Shown piece after piece: positions 1 through 9,255 of a stretch of 64,000 bases of DNA. Source of the stretch: an uncultured Gammaproteobacteria bacterium (GTDB lineage Bacteria; Patescibacteriota; Patescibacteriia; UBA10025; JAHIVO01); contig CAZQBL010000025.1 of assembly GCA_964592105.1 (NCBI GenBank), positions 58 to 64,057 on the forward strand, written 5' to 3'. Numbering within the stretch: the first letter of the stretch is position 1; each line of letters starts with the position of its first letter. Under the pieces are notes generated by a model. It made no database searches. It was not told the origin of the DNA and saw nothing but the letters and a program-made list of their open reading frames with translations. Position numbers and translations under genes: made by a program.

Positions 1-377
1 AAGGAACTACTTTTGTTTGCGAAGAAAAAAACGGCAAGTCAGTATTAAAAGTAATTGACGGTACTGTTGACTTTAAGTCAAAAGCTACTGGCGAAACAGT
101 AAAAGTTGGCGGCGGAGAAATGATCGAGGCAGATGCTAACGGCTTATCTGAAGTTGCTAAATTTGATATTGCAGAAGAGTCTGAATCTTGGATTAAGTTA
201 AACGAGATTGACTGGGAGAAATTGGATAAAGAGAGTCCCCGGGATGTTCCAGCAGCAGAGCAGGTCGGGAAAAAAACGAAAACAAGAGGTCCTTGGTCGT
301 GGTTACTAATTGTGATATTTATCGCGGCGGTTATAGTTTTAATCGGTTTTTTTCGTTCCGCCCGCCGAGCTCGTTAA
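1..377 (+). CDS. 3' part of a FecR-like domain protein with C-terminal membrane anchor (5' truncated by window)
   Basis: Frame open from nt 3: GTTFVCEEKNGKSVLKVIDGTVDF...VKVGGGE fits the FecR GT-F...V-eG-V...Ge pattern; ends in a hydrophobic helix plus basic tail. Confidence 0.6.
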   Translation, partial: GTTFVCEEKNGKSVLKVIDGTVDFKSKATGETVKVGGGEMIEADANGLSEVAKFDIAEESESWIKLNEIDWEKLDKESPRDVPAAEQVGKKTKTRGPWSWLLIVIFIAAVIVLIGFFRSARRAR

Positions 378-477
378 TAAAATCGGTTCGGATTTTTTCA
401 AATACACACCGCTTAGGCGGCAATTAAAATCATTGCTCTATCGCATGGCAGTCAACCCGTCTGCGTTTATTAAAAAA

Positions 478-901
478 ATGAAAATCATACGTGTATAAGA
501 CAAAGAAATAATTCCCGCCCCTCACGAGGATCCGCAGAATCCCGAGATTCTGAAAAAAATTCTACTCCAACGCGACGATCTGATTAACGCTTGGATCCAG
601 ATGATCAATTTGACCTACTTTAAAGTGGGAAAATTCTCCGACTGCACTATCATGAGGATATACAAAAAATTTTCATTATGCTGACTAGTAAGGCAAAATG
701 GTAATTGATGATGAAAAAGAAATTTTATACAAAGGCGATACGGACATTATCCCAGTTGGTATTAAACACGCTATGACAAATATTGGCCAGGAAGATGCGG
801 AATATCTGGCCATTGGCACGGCCAAAGGCAAGCTGAAAAAAAACAATCATCCACAAATAAAAACAACAAGCCGGCTCTACACTATCCCCTATTATCTATG
901 A
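478..901 (+). pseudogene. Cupin-domain protein, disrupted
   Basis: ATG 478 with an early in-frame TAA; LHYHEDIQKIF and IIPVGIKHAMTNIG (cupin motifs 1 and 2) lie in different frames. Confidence 0.65.
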
Positions 902-1141
902 CCTCCAATTCGGCAACGGAAGATCAAGTCCCCTTCTTTTTAATAATACGTAATCAAACATATAAAAGACCCGAGCATGCAATAACTTTGACCGCGTGGG
1001 CCATGATGGCCACCATGCTAAAAACAAGGAGTATCAACGCTTAAGTAGTCGCTGATCCGTTGATAATGATCGGATTAAATACTGGAAAAATTTTGACCAG
1101 GCGGTACAGCTTGAAGGCATCAAAAAATTAACAACTAAAAA

Positions 1142-1735
1142 ATGAAAAACACACAAATCAAAAGACAGGGCGATTCCATTCCCGCACAGGCCAGGCGTGT
1201 CTTCAAAGGAAAAATATTTGAGGTCTGGCAGTGGCCGCAGAAAATGTACGACGGCAGCACTCACATCTTTGAACGCCTGAAACGACCGGACACGGCTCAG
1301 ATTATCGCCGTAGTCGGCGATAAAATACTCATCCAGAGACAAAAACAGCCAGACAGAAAACGATCCTTCACCTCTTTGCCCGGCGGGCGCTGTGACGACA
1401 AAGAATCTCCATGGCTGACCGCCCGGCGGGAATTACTAGAAGAAACCGGCTACGAGTCAAACAACTGGCTCCTTTGGAAACAACACAAACCGGTAAGTAA
1501 AATCGAATGGACAATACACACTTTTATCGCTCGTGACTGCATTCTAACTGGAAAACCACGGCTGGACTCTGGAGAAAAAATAAAAAACAAATTGATCAGT
1601 TTTGTGGAATTTCTTAACTTAACTGAAGACAAAAGTTTCTACGACCCACAATTGGTCATTGTCCTGCTACGGGCTAGACATGATGCTCGCAAAAAGATTG
1701 AGCTCTATAATCTCCTCTTCAAAAAACATCAATAA
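1142..1735 (+). CDS. NUDIX hydrolase (ADP-ribose pyrophosphatase-like)
   Basis: Nudix box LPGGRCDDKESPWLTARRELLEETGY. Confidence 0.85.
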   Translation: MKNTQIKRQGDSIPAQARRVFKGKIFEVWQWPQKMYDGSTHIFERLKRPDTAQIIAVVGDKILIQRQKQPDRKRSFTSLPGGRCDDKESPWLTARRELLEETGYESNNWLLWKQHKPVSKIEWTIHTFIARDCILTGKPRLDSGEKIKNKLISFVEFLNLTEDKSFYDPQLVIVLLRARHDARKKIELYNLLFKKHQ

Positions 1736-1752
1736 ATTGCTAAGCTGAAGAT

Positions 1753-2090
1753 ATGCGCTCTATTCTCCGATCAAAAATACATAAAGCCACTGTTACCAGG
1801 GCTGATTTGAATTACATAGGCAGCCTTACTATTGACCAAGACCTTATGGACAAGGCTGGTTTTTGATCGGGCGAAAAAGTCCTGGTGGTCAGCAATACCA
1901 GGGGCGCCAGACTGGAGACATATATTATCATCGGACCGAAAAATTCGGGAACAATTTGTATGAACGGAGCCGCTTCCCATATTATTAAAATCGATGAGGA
2001 AATTATTATTTGGGCTTTGAACTGACCGACAAACCGATAACCCCCAAAAATATTTTAGTCGATAAGAATAATAAATTCGTTAAATATCAT
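1753..2090 (+). pseudogene. panD: Aspartate 1-decarboxylase (PanD), disrupted
   Basis: [30 protein letters not shown]...RLETY...ICMNGAASH matches PanD including the G-S autocleavage site; in-frame TGA at 1864-1866 and a frameshift near 2010. Confidence 0.85.
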
Positions 2091-2094
2091 AACT

Positions 2095-2652
2095 ATGAAA
2101 CAAACCTACCAAAACTTGCTCAAAGCCATTGCCGGTGAATCTTTGGCGCGCAATAAATACACCTTCTACGCCAAACAGGCACGGAAAGAAGGCTATGAAT
2201 GGATCGCCCGCGTTTTTGAAGAAACTGCTGAGAACGAACGGGCCCATGCCGAGGAAGAACTTGAAAAGCTACCCGAGCACGTGACCATGACCAACACTTA
2301 CGACATTCACCCGGTTGGTGACACCATGGCCAATCTCCTCCACGCCGCCGAGGGCGAAGAATACGAATTCGGCACCATGTATCCTGATTTTGCCAAAGTC
2401 GCCGATGAAGAAGGCGAAAAAGAAATTGCCCTGCTCTTCCGGAAAATCGCCGAAGCGGAAACCAAACATGCCGAGCGCTACCGGATACTTCTTGAAAAAG
2501 TGAAACAAGGCTCGCTCTACCAGAACGAAGAAGAGATCGAGTGGAAATGCGAAAACTGCGGTTATGTCCACAAAGGGAAATCCGCGCCGAGCAAATGCCC
2601 GCTTTGCCAAAAGCCGCAAGGCTGGTACCGGGGACTGGGAATTATACGATAA
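2095..2652 (+). CDS. rbr: Rubrerythrin
   Basis: GES-A..KY, ENERAHA and EAETKHA diiron motifs; C-terminal WKCENCGY...CPLC rubredoxin-like domain. Confidence 0.92.
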   Translation: MKQTYQNLLKAIAGESLARNKYTFYAKQARKEGYEWIARVFEETAENERAHAEEELEKLPEHVTMTNTYDIHPVGDTMANLLHAAEGEEYEFGTMYPDFAKVADEEGEKEIALLFRKIAEAETKHAERYRILLEKVKQGSLYQNEEEIEWKCENCGYVHKGKSAPSKCPLCQKPQGWYRGLGIIR

Positions 2653-2685
2653 ACTAAGAAACTTTATACGAACAAAACCTACTCT

Positions 2686-3036
2686 CTGATAAAAAATAAA
2701 GGGATAGTTGTTTCTAATCCACGAAAGTTCAAATCATCTCTCGACCAGATTGTTTCAGTGGGTCCGAAAAAATTACATATTCTGGCTGATTTTGACCGGA
2801 CACTGACTTGCGCTTACCCAAAACCGCTCGCCATCTTTAATTTATGCATAAAAATCTGCTCACTCCTGAACATTCTTAAAAGGCACGCCAACTTTTTAAT
2901 AAATATAATCGTCTGGAGATTTCACCACGACTTTCCATTACCATTAAGAAAAGGCTATAGGCGATGGTGGACAGAACATTTTCACCTGCTTAATGAATCG
3001 GGGCTTTCGAAGAAAGTCATCAAACAGTTGGAATAA
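2686..3036 (+). pseudogene. Fragment of a HAD-family pyrimidine 5'-nucleotidase-like gene
   Basis: KLHILADFDRTLT (HAD motif I) and WWTEHFHLL..GLSK; middle looks frameshifted and C-terminal motifs are missing. Confidence 0.6.
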
Positions 3037-3134
3037 TCAATGATAAAATGCCCGAATCGCTCACATAACTTAGCGGTGCTACAATTACTTTAATAATTAA
3101 GCAAACGCGAACAATCCCCTCTTCAAACCCTCAT

Positions 3135-4010
3135 ATGAAAAACATGACTGCCAATTTAAAAAATGATCTCCTTAGAGCTCAAGAAAACGAAATCACTGAA
3201 CACTATATATACCAACGCCTGGCCAAACACACCAAGCATGAAGGTAATCGGGCCATACTGCAAGGAATCGCTGCTGACGAAAAAAAACACTACGAGTATT
3301 GGCGACAACATACCGGTCAGGATGTCCAGCCGAATCGTTGGCGTCTGTGTAAATACTACTTAATCGCTCAGATATTTGGCCTGACCTTCGGCGTTAAATT
3401 AATGGAGCAAGGCGAAAAACAGGCTCAAATTAATTACAAAGCTATTGCCACGGAATTACCCGAGGTCCTGGAAATAGAGAAAGATGAGGAAGCACACGAA
3501 AACAAACTGATAAATTTGATTAACGAAGAAAAGTTGGAATACATCGGCTCGGTTGTCCTGGGTCTGAATGACGCCCTGGTGGAACTAACCGGCGCTCTAG
3601 CCGGACTAACTTTGGCTTTGCAAAACAGCCGGCTAATTGCTATGGCCGGCCTGATTACTGGACTGGCCGCCTCGCTATCCATGGCTGTCTCCGAATACCT
3701 GTCCACTAAGACCGAAGGTGTCAAAAAAAACCCGCTCAAGGCCTCGCTTTACACCGGTACGGCCTATATTGGTACCGTCATTCTCCTCGTTTTGCCCTAC
3801 CTTTTAATATCCAACCTATATCTGGCCATGGGCGTGACCCTATTTTTGGCTATCTGCATCATTCTTGTTTTCACTTACTATTTAGCCGTGGCCAAGGACT
3901 TACCCTTTAAACGTCGGTTTGGGGAAATGGCCCTGTTAAGTCTGAGCGTGGCGGCAATTTCCTTTGGCATTGGCTTTGTGGTTAGATTAGCGTTTGGTAT
4001 CGAGGCGTAA
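3135..4010 (+). CDS. Rubrerythrin-like/VIT1-CCC1 fusion (MbfA-like iron exporter)
   Basis: N-terminal ExxH ferritin-like motifs (DEKKH, DEEAH); VIT1 motif VLGLNDALV...SLSMAVSEYLS; multiple TM helices. Confidence 0.85.
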   Translation: MKNMTANLKNDLLRAQENEITEHYIYQRLAKHTKHEGNRAILQGIAADEKKHYEYWRQHTGQDVQPNRWRLCKYYLIAQIFGLTFGVKLMEQGEKQAQINYKAIATELPEVLEIEKDEEAHENKLINLINEEKLEYIGSVVLGLNDALVELTGALAGLTLALQNSRLIAMAGLITGLAASLSMAVSEYLSTKTEGVKKNPLKASLYTGTAYIGTVILLVLPYLLISNLYLAMGVTLFLAICIILVFTYYLAVAKDLPFKRRFGEMALLSLSVAAISFGIGFVVRLAFGIEA

Positions 4011-4048
4011 AAAATAATACTATAAAAAGTAGGCGTAAACAAAAAAAT

Positions 4049-4225
4049 GAGGCCGATCCGCGAGTCATCAAGCAGGTCTGGGTAAAAAATAAAAAGGCTC
4101 AAAAAAAATTCGCCGGACCGACCTCTTGTACCAGCAGGCATCCATTGAATACATTGTGGGAGCAAAAAAGACTAAAGACCAAGCGACGACGAATCAAACA
4201 GATAATTGACAAACTAATTAAATGA
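4049..4225 (+). pseudogene. Remnant of a YdeI/OmdA-domain gene
   Basis: Across three frames: PRVIKQVWVKNKKAQKKF / YQQASIEYIVGAKK / TKRRRIKQIIDKLIK, matching the OmdA AK..TR.RRI pattern. Confidence 0.5.
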
Positions 4226-4596
4226 CCAAGCAATATGAAATTGATACCCTGGCTGGCGAGTGTTTCTGGTGTACTGAGGACGTCTTTTTTGCCACGCACG
4301 ACCCGACCACTGTAAACCGACAGGGCAATGATGTCGGCCAACAATGCCGTTCGGCTGTTTTTTGTCATGATGAACAACAGCGCAAAATCACTGAGCAAAT
4401 TATGGCTCAGTTGGCTAAAGAAAAAATATTCGATAGCCCCATTGTTACTCAAATAGTCCCATCTACTGATTTTTTTCCGGCCGGAGGTTATCACCCGGAT
4501 TATTACGCCAATAACCCTGCCCAACCGTACTGTCAAACGATAATCAGCCCCAAAATTGCCAAACTTCGTCAAAAATTCCCCTCTTATCTTAAATAG
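4222..4596 (+). pseudogene. msrA: Peptide methionine sulfoxide reductase A with large in-frame internal deletion
   Basis: AGECFWCTE is joined directly to DVFFATHDPTTVNRQGNDVG; the segment between them in intact MsrA is absent; GG->GE and QYRS->QCRS changes. Confidence 0.8.
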
Positions 4597-4806
4597 AGCG
4601 GTCTATAGACTTTTCGCCGGCAGCTATCTCTAACATCGGTTTTCTGGTCATCTGACTGTGTCTGGTTTTTGTTAACCGGCGCGAACAACCATCGTGCCTA
4701 TCCTTTATCGAACCCTTATCCGTGGCCGTGGGCGCTTTCTCGTTTATTGCCACCTCCATCCGACTCTCGTCGGCAAATGCGCAAATAGAAAAACTCACTA
4801 TTAAGA

Positions 4807-5832
4807 CTAAAAATTAATTATGGACTTAATCCGACGGCCAGAATAACTCTCTGCTTCGGCAAAAGCCCGCGGCCCGTCTTGGGCTTGATACCGGTGCGTA
4901 ATCAAACTCTTTAAATCAACTTTTTTCCGGGCCAGCAGGTCGATAGAATCCGGAAAGGTAAAGGCACAGGTCCAGGAACCGCGCACGTCCAATTCCTTCT
5001 TAACAATATTCATCATGGTAATTTTGGCCGGCGAAGCGAACACGCCGAGCAAAATTACCCGCCCATTGCCGCGACAGATATCAAAACTCATCTCCGCTGT
5101 CTGTTCTAAACCAACCACCTCAAAAACAATATCGAAACCATGAGCCGAACCGATCTCATTCATACGTTTTTTGATATTTTCTTTTTTGGTATTAATAATA
5201 TGGTGAGCCCAGCCATGCTCTTTGGCAAAATCGAGAGTTTCGTCTCGCACATCCAGGCCGGTCACCAAAGCCCCCGAAGCATACAGCACCTGATCTACCA
5301 AAAGACCAATCGGACCCTGGCCAACTACCGCCACTCGTTTATTCAGCAAAAAACCTGCCTCACGCACAGCATACAAAGCAATCGAAAGAGGTTCAATAAT
5401 GGCCGCTTCATCCAGACTGACTTCATCGGGAATCGGATACACTAACTCTTCGGGAATACTCACGTATTCAGCCAAAGCGCCAGGCCGATGAATACCGATA
5501 ATCTGCCGGTTAATACACAAATTTGGCTTGCCGGTGCGGCAATACTCGCACTGATGACACACCACTACGTGTTCCCCGACCACCCGATCGCCAACTTTCA
5601 CCCGCGTCACCCTCTTGCCAACCTTGGCCACGATACCAGAAAATTCATGGCCGGGGATAATCCCGGCAGGCACATTCATTCCCCCGCGGAAAATATGAAG
5701 ATCGGTCCCGCAAATGCCCACGCTTTTTATCTGCATCAGCACCTCGTGTTCATCTATGACTGGAATCGGAACAGCGGCATACTCAATTCTATTTTTTCCT
5801 TGATAGACCAGGGCGTGTACTGACTTAGACAT
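4807..5832 (-). CDS. Zn-dependent medium-chain dehydrogenase (threonine/sugar-alcohol dehydrogenase-like)
   Basis: GICGTD, GHEFSG, CxxCxxC..C structural Zn site, GQGPIG Rossmann motif. Confidence 0.9.
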   Translation of the reverse strand: MSKSVHALVYQGKNRIEYAAVPIPVIDEHEVLMQIKSVGICGTDLHIFRGGMNVPAGIIPGHEFSGIVAKVGKRVTRVKVGDRVVGEHVVVCHQCEYCRTGKPNLCINRQIIGIHRPGALAEYVSIPEELVYPIPDEVSLDEAAIIEPLSIALYAVREAGFLLNKRVAVVGQGPIGLLVDQVLYASGALVTGLDVRDETLDFAKEHGWAHHIINTKKENIKKRMNEIGSAHGFDIVFEVVGLEQTAEMSFDICRGNGRVILLGVFASPAKITMMNIVKKELDVRGSWTCAFTFPDSIDLLARKKVDLKSLITHRYQAQDGPRAFAEAESYSGRRIKSIINF

Positions 5833-5955
5833 ATATTTATATGAAGTAAATGCTTAAATCTACAGGTAATATACCCCAACTCTAAGGAATTATCAAAATG
5901 TAGTATACTAAAAAATAGCTCTACCGAAATAAAAGAGGACGGTGCCAACGAAATC

Positions 5956-6081
5956 ATGCCATTTGTGTGCCGGGATCAGGACAGATTCAAGGCCATATAC
6001 ACACCGGGCGGAAAAAAGAGAGAATACTCCAAATCAGTATTCAAAAACCGCCCAGTATATTGCGGTAACAGAATTAACTAA
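5956..6081 (+). CDS. Small degenerate zinc-ribbon-like ORF (41 aa), possibly a pseudogene
   Basis: MPFVCRDQDRF...FKNRPVYCGNRIN resembles zf-trcl zinc ribbons with one Cys lost from each pair; followed by a terminator. Confidence 0.35.
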   Translation: MPFVCRDQDRFKAIYTPGGKKREYSKSVFKNRPVYCGNRIN

Positions 6082-6094
6082 TAATTTCATACCT

Positions 6095-6130
6095 GCGGCC
6101 ATGAGATCATAATCTCTAGCCGCTTTTTTT
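6095..6130 (+). terminator. Rho-independent terminator
   Basis: gcggc..gagat / atctc..gccgc stem followed by T7. Confidence 0.55.
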
Positions 6131-6177
6131 GGCTCTTTTTCAACAATTTATTGGTATACTTACTATAGCAAGACACT

Positions 6178-6300
6178 ATGAATGTCAAACTAAAAAATTA
6201 GCTACTTGCTAAAACTCGTGGTTATATAAAAGAAGGTGGCTCGCCACACGACTTCGAACATTCATGGCGAGTAATTGAAATGCTGAAAAATCGTCCACCT
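6178..6300 (+). pseudogene. N-terminal remnant of an HD-domain hydrolase
   Basis: MNVKLKN*LLAK...GSPHDFEHSWRVIE (HD..H..RV motif) with an in-frame TAG; truncated. Confidence 0.55.
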
Positions 6301-6335
6301 TAAAAATGGGCGCAATACGCCATAATTGCCGTTGA

Positions 6336-6911
6336 TCAAAACGGCAGAGTATAATTTATCGACTGCTCGTGTTTTTCTTCCCAGCCCGATATATCAATCG
6401 GTATGGTGCCCGCCTCAACGCCGATTTTATATTTCAAACACTTATTAACCAGGGCATATTCGTACACTTCCTTGGTAATCCTTACGTCGTCCTCGCAATA
6501 CTTCCTTATTTTTTCTATCTCACCCTGCCGCCACCAGGTAATGGTCTGCAACCCATGGCCTGATTTTTGCGTACCCAGCGTCCCGGCGGCAATAGCGTCC
6601 AGCGGCAAACGGCGGCCGAATGATTTAATCACCGACTGCATCAGGTCAATACTTTTTATTTTGGTCAAATCACCAGGATAATATTTATTCAATAAAGGAA
6701 TGTCAAAATGGTCAGAGTTAAAACCGATAATCTGATCGGTATTTTCCAGTAATTTCCACAATTTCGGAAAATCTTTCTCTAAAAACGACTCATATGCCTT
6801 CGCGGCGTAATCATAAACGACTAACAGAGAAATATCCAGTTTAACCGGATCATAGACACCAACATCATTGAAAGTGTTTTTTGTCTCGACGTCCAAAACG
6901 ACTTTACGCAT
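6336..6911 (-). CDS. RNase H-like / DnaQ-like 3'-5' exonuclease domain protein (YprB-like)
   Basis: VLDVET, GFNSDHFDIP and YCEDDVRIT acidic motifs. Confidence 0.8.
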   Translation of the reverse strand: MRKVVLDVETKNTFNDVGVYDPVKLDISLLVVYDYAAKAYESFLEKDFPKLWKLLENTDQIIGFNSDHFDIPLLNKYYPGDLTKIKSIDLMQSVIKSFGRRLPLDAIAAGTLGTQKSGHGLQTITWWRQGEIEKIRKYCEDDVRITKEVYEYALVNKCLKYKIGVEAGTIPIDISGWEEKHEQSINYTLPF

Positions 6912-7002
6912 AGAAATAATCGAAAAAAGCTGTTATAATGACTATTACTTAAGTGTCTCTAAATGACTCACATAATTATAATTCTGCCGTAAAGCGCTAT
7001 CA

Positions 7003-7489
7003 ATGTCAAAAACCATGACTGTATATTATGATGCCAATCAAGTGGCACACGAACTCTCCCAGCCGGAAAACATATCAATTGGCCCGTTTCCGTCTATCCA
7101 TTAGTGATAAGAGGTAAAAAAGTCCTGGTCAACAAACCGCGCTGGAGCGAAAAACGGGAGCTGCCGGGTGGAGCGGTCGAGCTTGGGAAAAAATTAATGC
7201 AGCCCTGGTCCGCTAATGCTATGAAGAAACAGGATATTCAATAAAACCAGCCAATGATATTCCACTCTTTATCGGCGAAAACAACTTTTACATAACCACG
7301 CTGAAAAATTTTTACCACTCAATCATCATGGTCTTCCCGGCCAAACTCATTTCTGAAACACAGGATAAACTCGGCATTAACAGCGGTGAAGAAAATGATG
7401 AAGTCCGGGAAGTGAAATGGCTGCCCTTGTCCGGATTAACCGAGCAGAACAGCCAGCTCATGACCACCTGGCCGGTTATTAAAAAATAA
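7003..7489 (+). pseudogene. NUDIX hydrolase, disrupted
   Basis: ELPGGAVELG then, after a frameshift, AALVR*CYEETGY: the Nudix box is broken by a frameshift and a stop. Confidence 0.7.
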
Positions 7490-7501
7490 AATCATAAACA
7501 A

Positions 7502-8125
7502 ATGGGGCTGACCAACTTTCTCGTTGACTACTTCACCTTAATTATAGAAAAACTTGGCTACCTGGGCATCGGGATTTTAATGACTCTGGAAAGCATGATC
7601 GCGCCTGTACCCAGCGAAGCGGTCATGCCTTTTGCCGGCTTTTTGTGGTACGACGGCAAATTTACTCTCTGGGGAATTATCCTGGCTAGCACTTTGGCCA
7701 GTATCCTGGGCTCGCTTATTTCCTATTATATCGGCGCCTATGGCGGCCGGCCTTTGGTCAAAAAATTCGGTAAATACCTGTTACTCAATGAGCGTCATTT
7801 AGACAAAACAGAACAATTTTTTCAAAAATACGGCGATAAAACAATATTCATCAGCCGTTTTATTCCTATTGTTAGACACCTCATCTCTATACCGGCCGGT
7901 GTCGGTCGGATGAGAATAGGGAAATTTTTACTCTATACAACCATTGGCGCCGGTCTGTGGAACTCATTTCTGACCTGGCTTGGCTTTCAATTAAGGGATA
8001 AATGGGAGGCCATCAGAAAATACACCGAGATATTAGACGTACTGATCATTGTCGTCATTGCCCTAGCTATTATCTATTTTATATATCAGCGAAAAAAACG
8101 GACGCGCCGAATAAATTCGTTATGA
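7502..8125 (+). CDS. DedA family membrane protein
   Basis: LESMIAPVPSE, YYIG.YGGR and FISRFIPIVRHLISIPAG motifs. Confidence 0.92.
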   Translation: MGLTNFLVDYFTLIIEKLGYLGIGILMTLESMIAPVPSEAVMPFAGFLWYDGKFTLWGIILASTLASILGSLISYYIGAYGGRPLVKKFGKYLLLNERHLDKTEQFFQKYGDKTIFISRFIPIVRHLISIPAGVGRMRIGKFLLYTTIGAGLWNSFLTWLGFQLRDKWEAIRKYTEILDVLIIVVIALAIIYFIYQRKKRTRRINSL

Positions 8126-9213
8126 AAAAATTGCCGACCCTTTTAAGTCTTGGGTCTATCCTACTCTTAAGTGTTATCAGTGTTTTTTCATTTTGGTATT
8201 CCCTAGCCTCTCCTGCTCCCGCGCCGGCTTTTTACGACCTTACTGGAAATAATCCCGGAACATCCTCGGACAATTCCGGCTGTACTGCTTGCGCGTTCGG
8301 ACAAAACGAAAAGGTAACCTTGATTGCCGTCGGCGACATCATGCTTTCCCGCAACGTAGAACAAAAAATGATCAGCAAAAACGACTGGCTTTACCCTTTT
8401 CGGGAAACACACCAAATAACTACCACTGGTGACATTGTCTTCGGCAACCTAGAATCGCCATTGATCGAAGGGCCCATCGTTCAGACCGGCCAAATGTCTT
8501 TCCGGGCTAACCCCAAGGCAGTTGAGGGATTAAAGTTTGGCGGTTTCAACATTCTGTCGCTGGCCAACAACCACATGAAAAATCAGGGCAGCCAAGGGAT
8601 AGAAAGAACAATTGAAGTATTAAATGAAAAAGGTCTCAAACACGTCGGTGCCGGCCTGAACGCAGAACAGGCGCGCCAGCCAGCAATTTTAGAAATAAAT
8701 GGAATTAAATTTGGATTCTTAGCTTATCTAGATAGCGCCTTTACTCCGGCTTCTTATGAAGCCACGACCTCACGATCCGGCTCACCGTTCATGAACGAAC
8801 AAACTTTAATTGACGATCTAAAAAAACTGAAACCGCGGGTGGACGTCATGATCGTTTCCATGCATGCCGGAGCTGAATACATGCTCACCCCAAACGAAAA
8901 ACAGAAAAATTTTGCACACACAGCTATCGACCACGGAGCCTCCTTGGTCATCGGGCATCATCCGCACGTGGTCGAACCGATTGAACGATATAACGATGGC
9001 TACATCCTATACAGTTTGGGAAACTTTGTCTTCGATCAAATGTGGTCTGAAGAAACTCGGCAGGGAGCTATCGCCACTGTTACCTTCCAGGATAAAACTG
9101 TCAGTGAGATCAAATTAACACCAATAAAAATTTATGACTACGCCCAGCCCCGGATTCTGACTGATGCCGAGGGTGAAGCGATAATCAAGCGTATGACCGA
9201 TTTTACTTTTTAA
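8122..9213 (+). CDS. CapA-family metallophosphoesterase (PGA_cap), exported
   Basis: AVGDIML, GNLE, LANNH, SMHAGAE, IGHHPHV, YSLGNFVFDQ; N-terminal signal/TM; ATGA overlap with dedA stop. Confidence 0.88.
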   Translation: MKKLPTLLSLGSILLLSVISVFSFWYSLASPAPAPAFYDLTGNNPGTSSDNSGCTACAFGQNEKVTLIAVGDIMLSRNVEQKMISKNDWLYPFRETHQITTTGDIVFGNLESPLIEGPIVQTGQMSFRANPKAVEGLKFGGFNILSLANNHMKNQGSQGIERTIEVLNEKGLKHVGAGLNAEQARQPAILEINGIKFGFLAYLDSAFTPASYEATTSRSGSPFMNEQTLIDDLKKLKPRVDVMIVSMHAGAEYMLTPNEKQKNFAHTAIDHGASLVIGHHPHVVEPIERYNDGYILYSLGNFVFDQMWSEETRQGAIATVTFQDKTVSEIKLTPIKIYDYAQPRILTDAEGEAIIKRMTDFTF

Positions 9214-9255
9214 CTCTTTTCTGATATAATAAATATTAATTCTCATCAAAAAGAT

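Noticed and set aside
1864-1866. In-frame TGA in panD as a sign of recoding (code 25/4 or selenocysteine)
   Set aside because: TGA ends intact genes here (dedA, galU, rnpA, yidC), long genes have no internal TGA, and panD also carries a frameshift
4600-4800. IEPLSVAVGAFSFIATS segment resembling a ZIP transporter or Zn-dehydrogenase fragment
   Set aside because: Too short and ambiguous to assign
8002-8121. Longer upstream starts given by the ORF track (also 13454, 17105, 22144, 40853, 55822)
   Set aside because: They overlap neighbouring genes, terminators or promoters; downstream ATGs fit homology and coupling better
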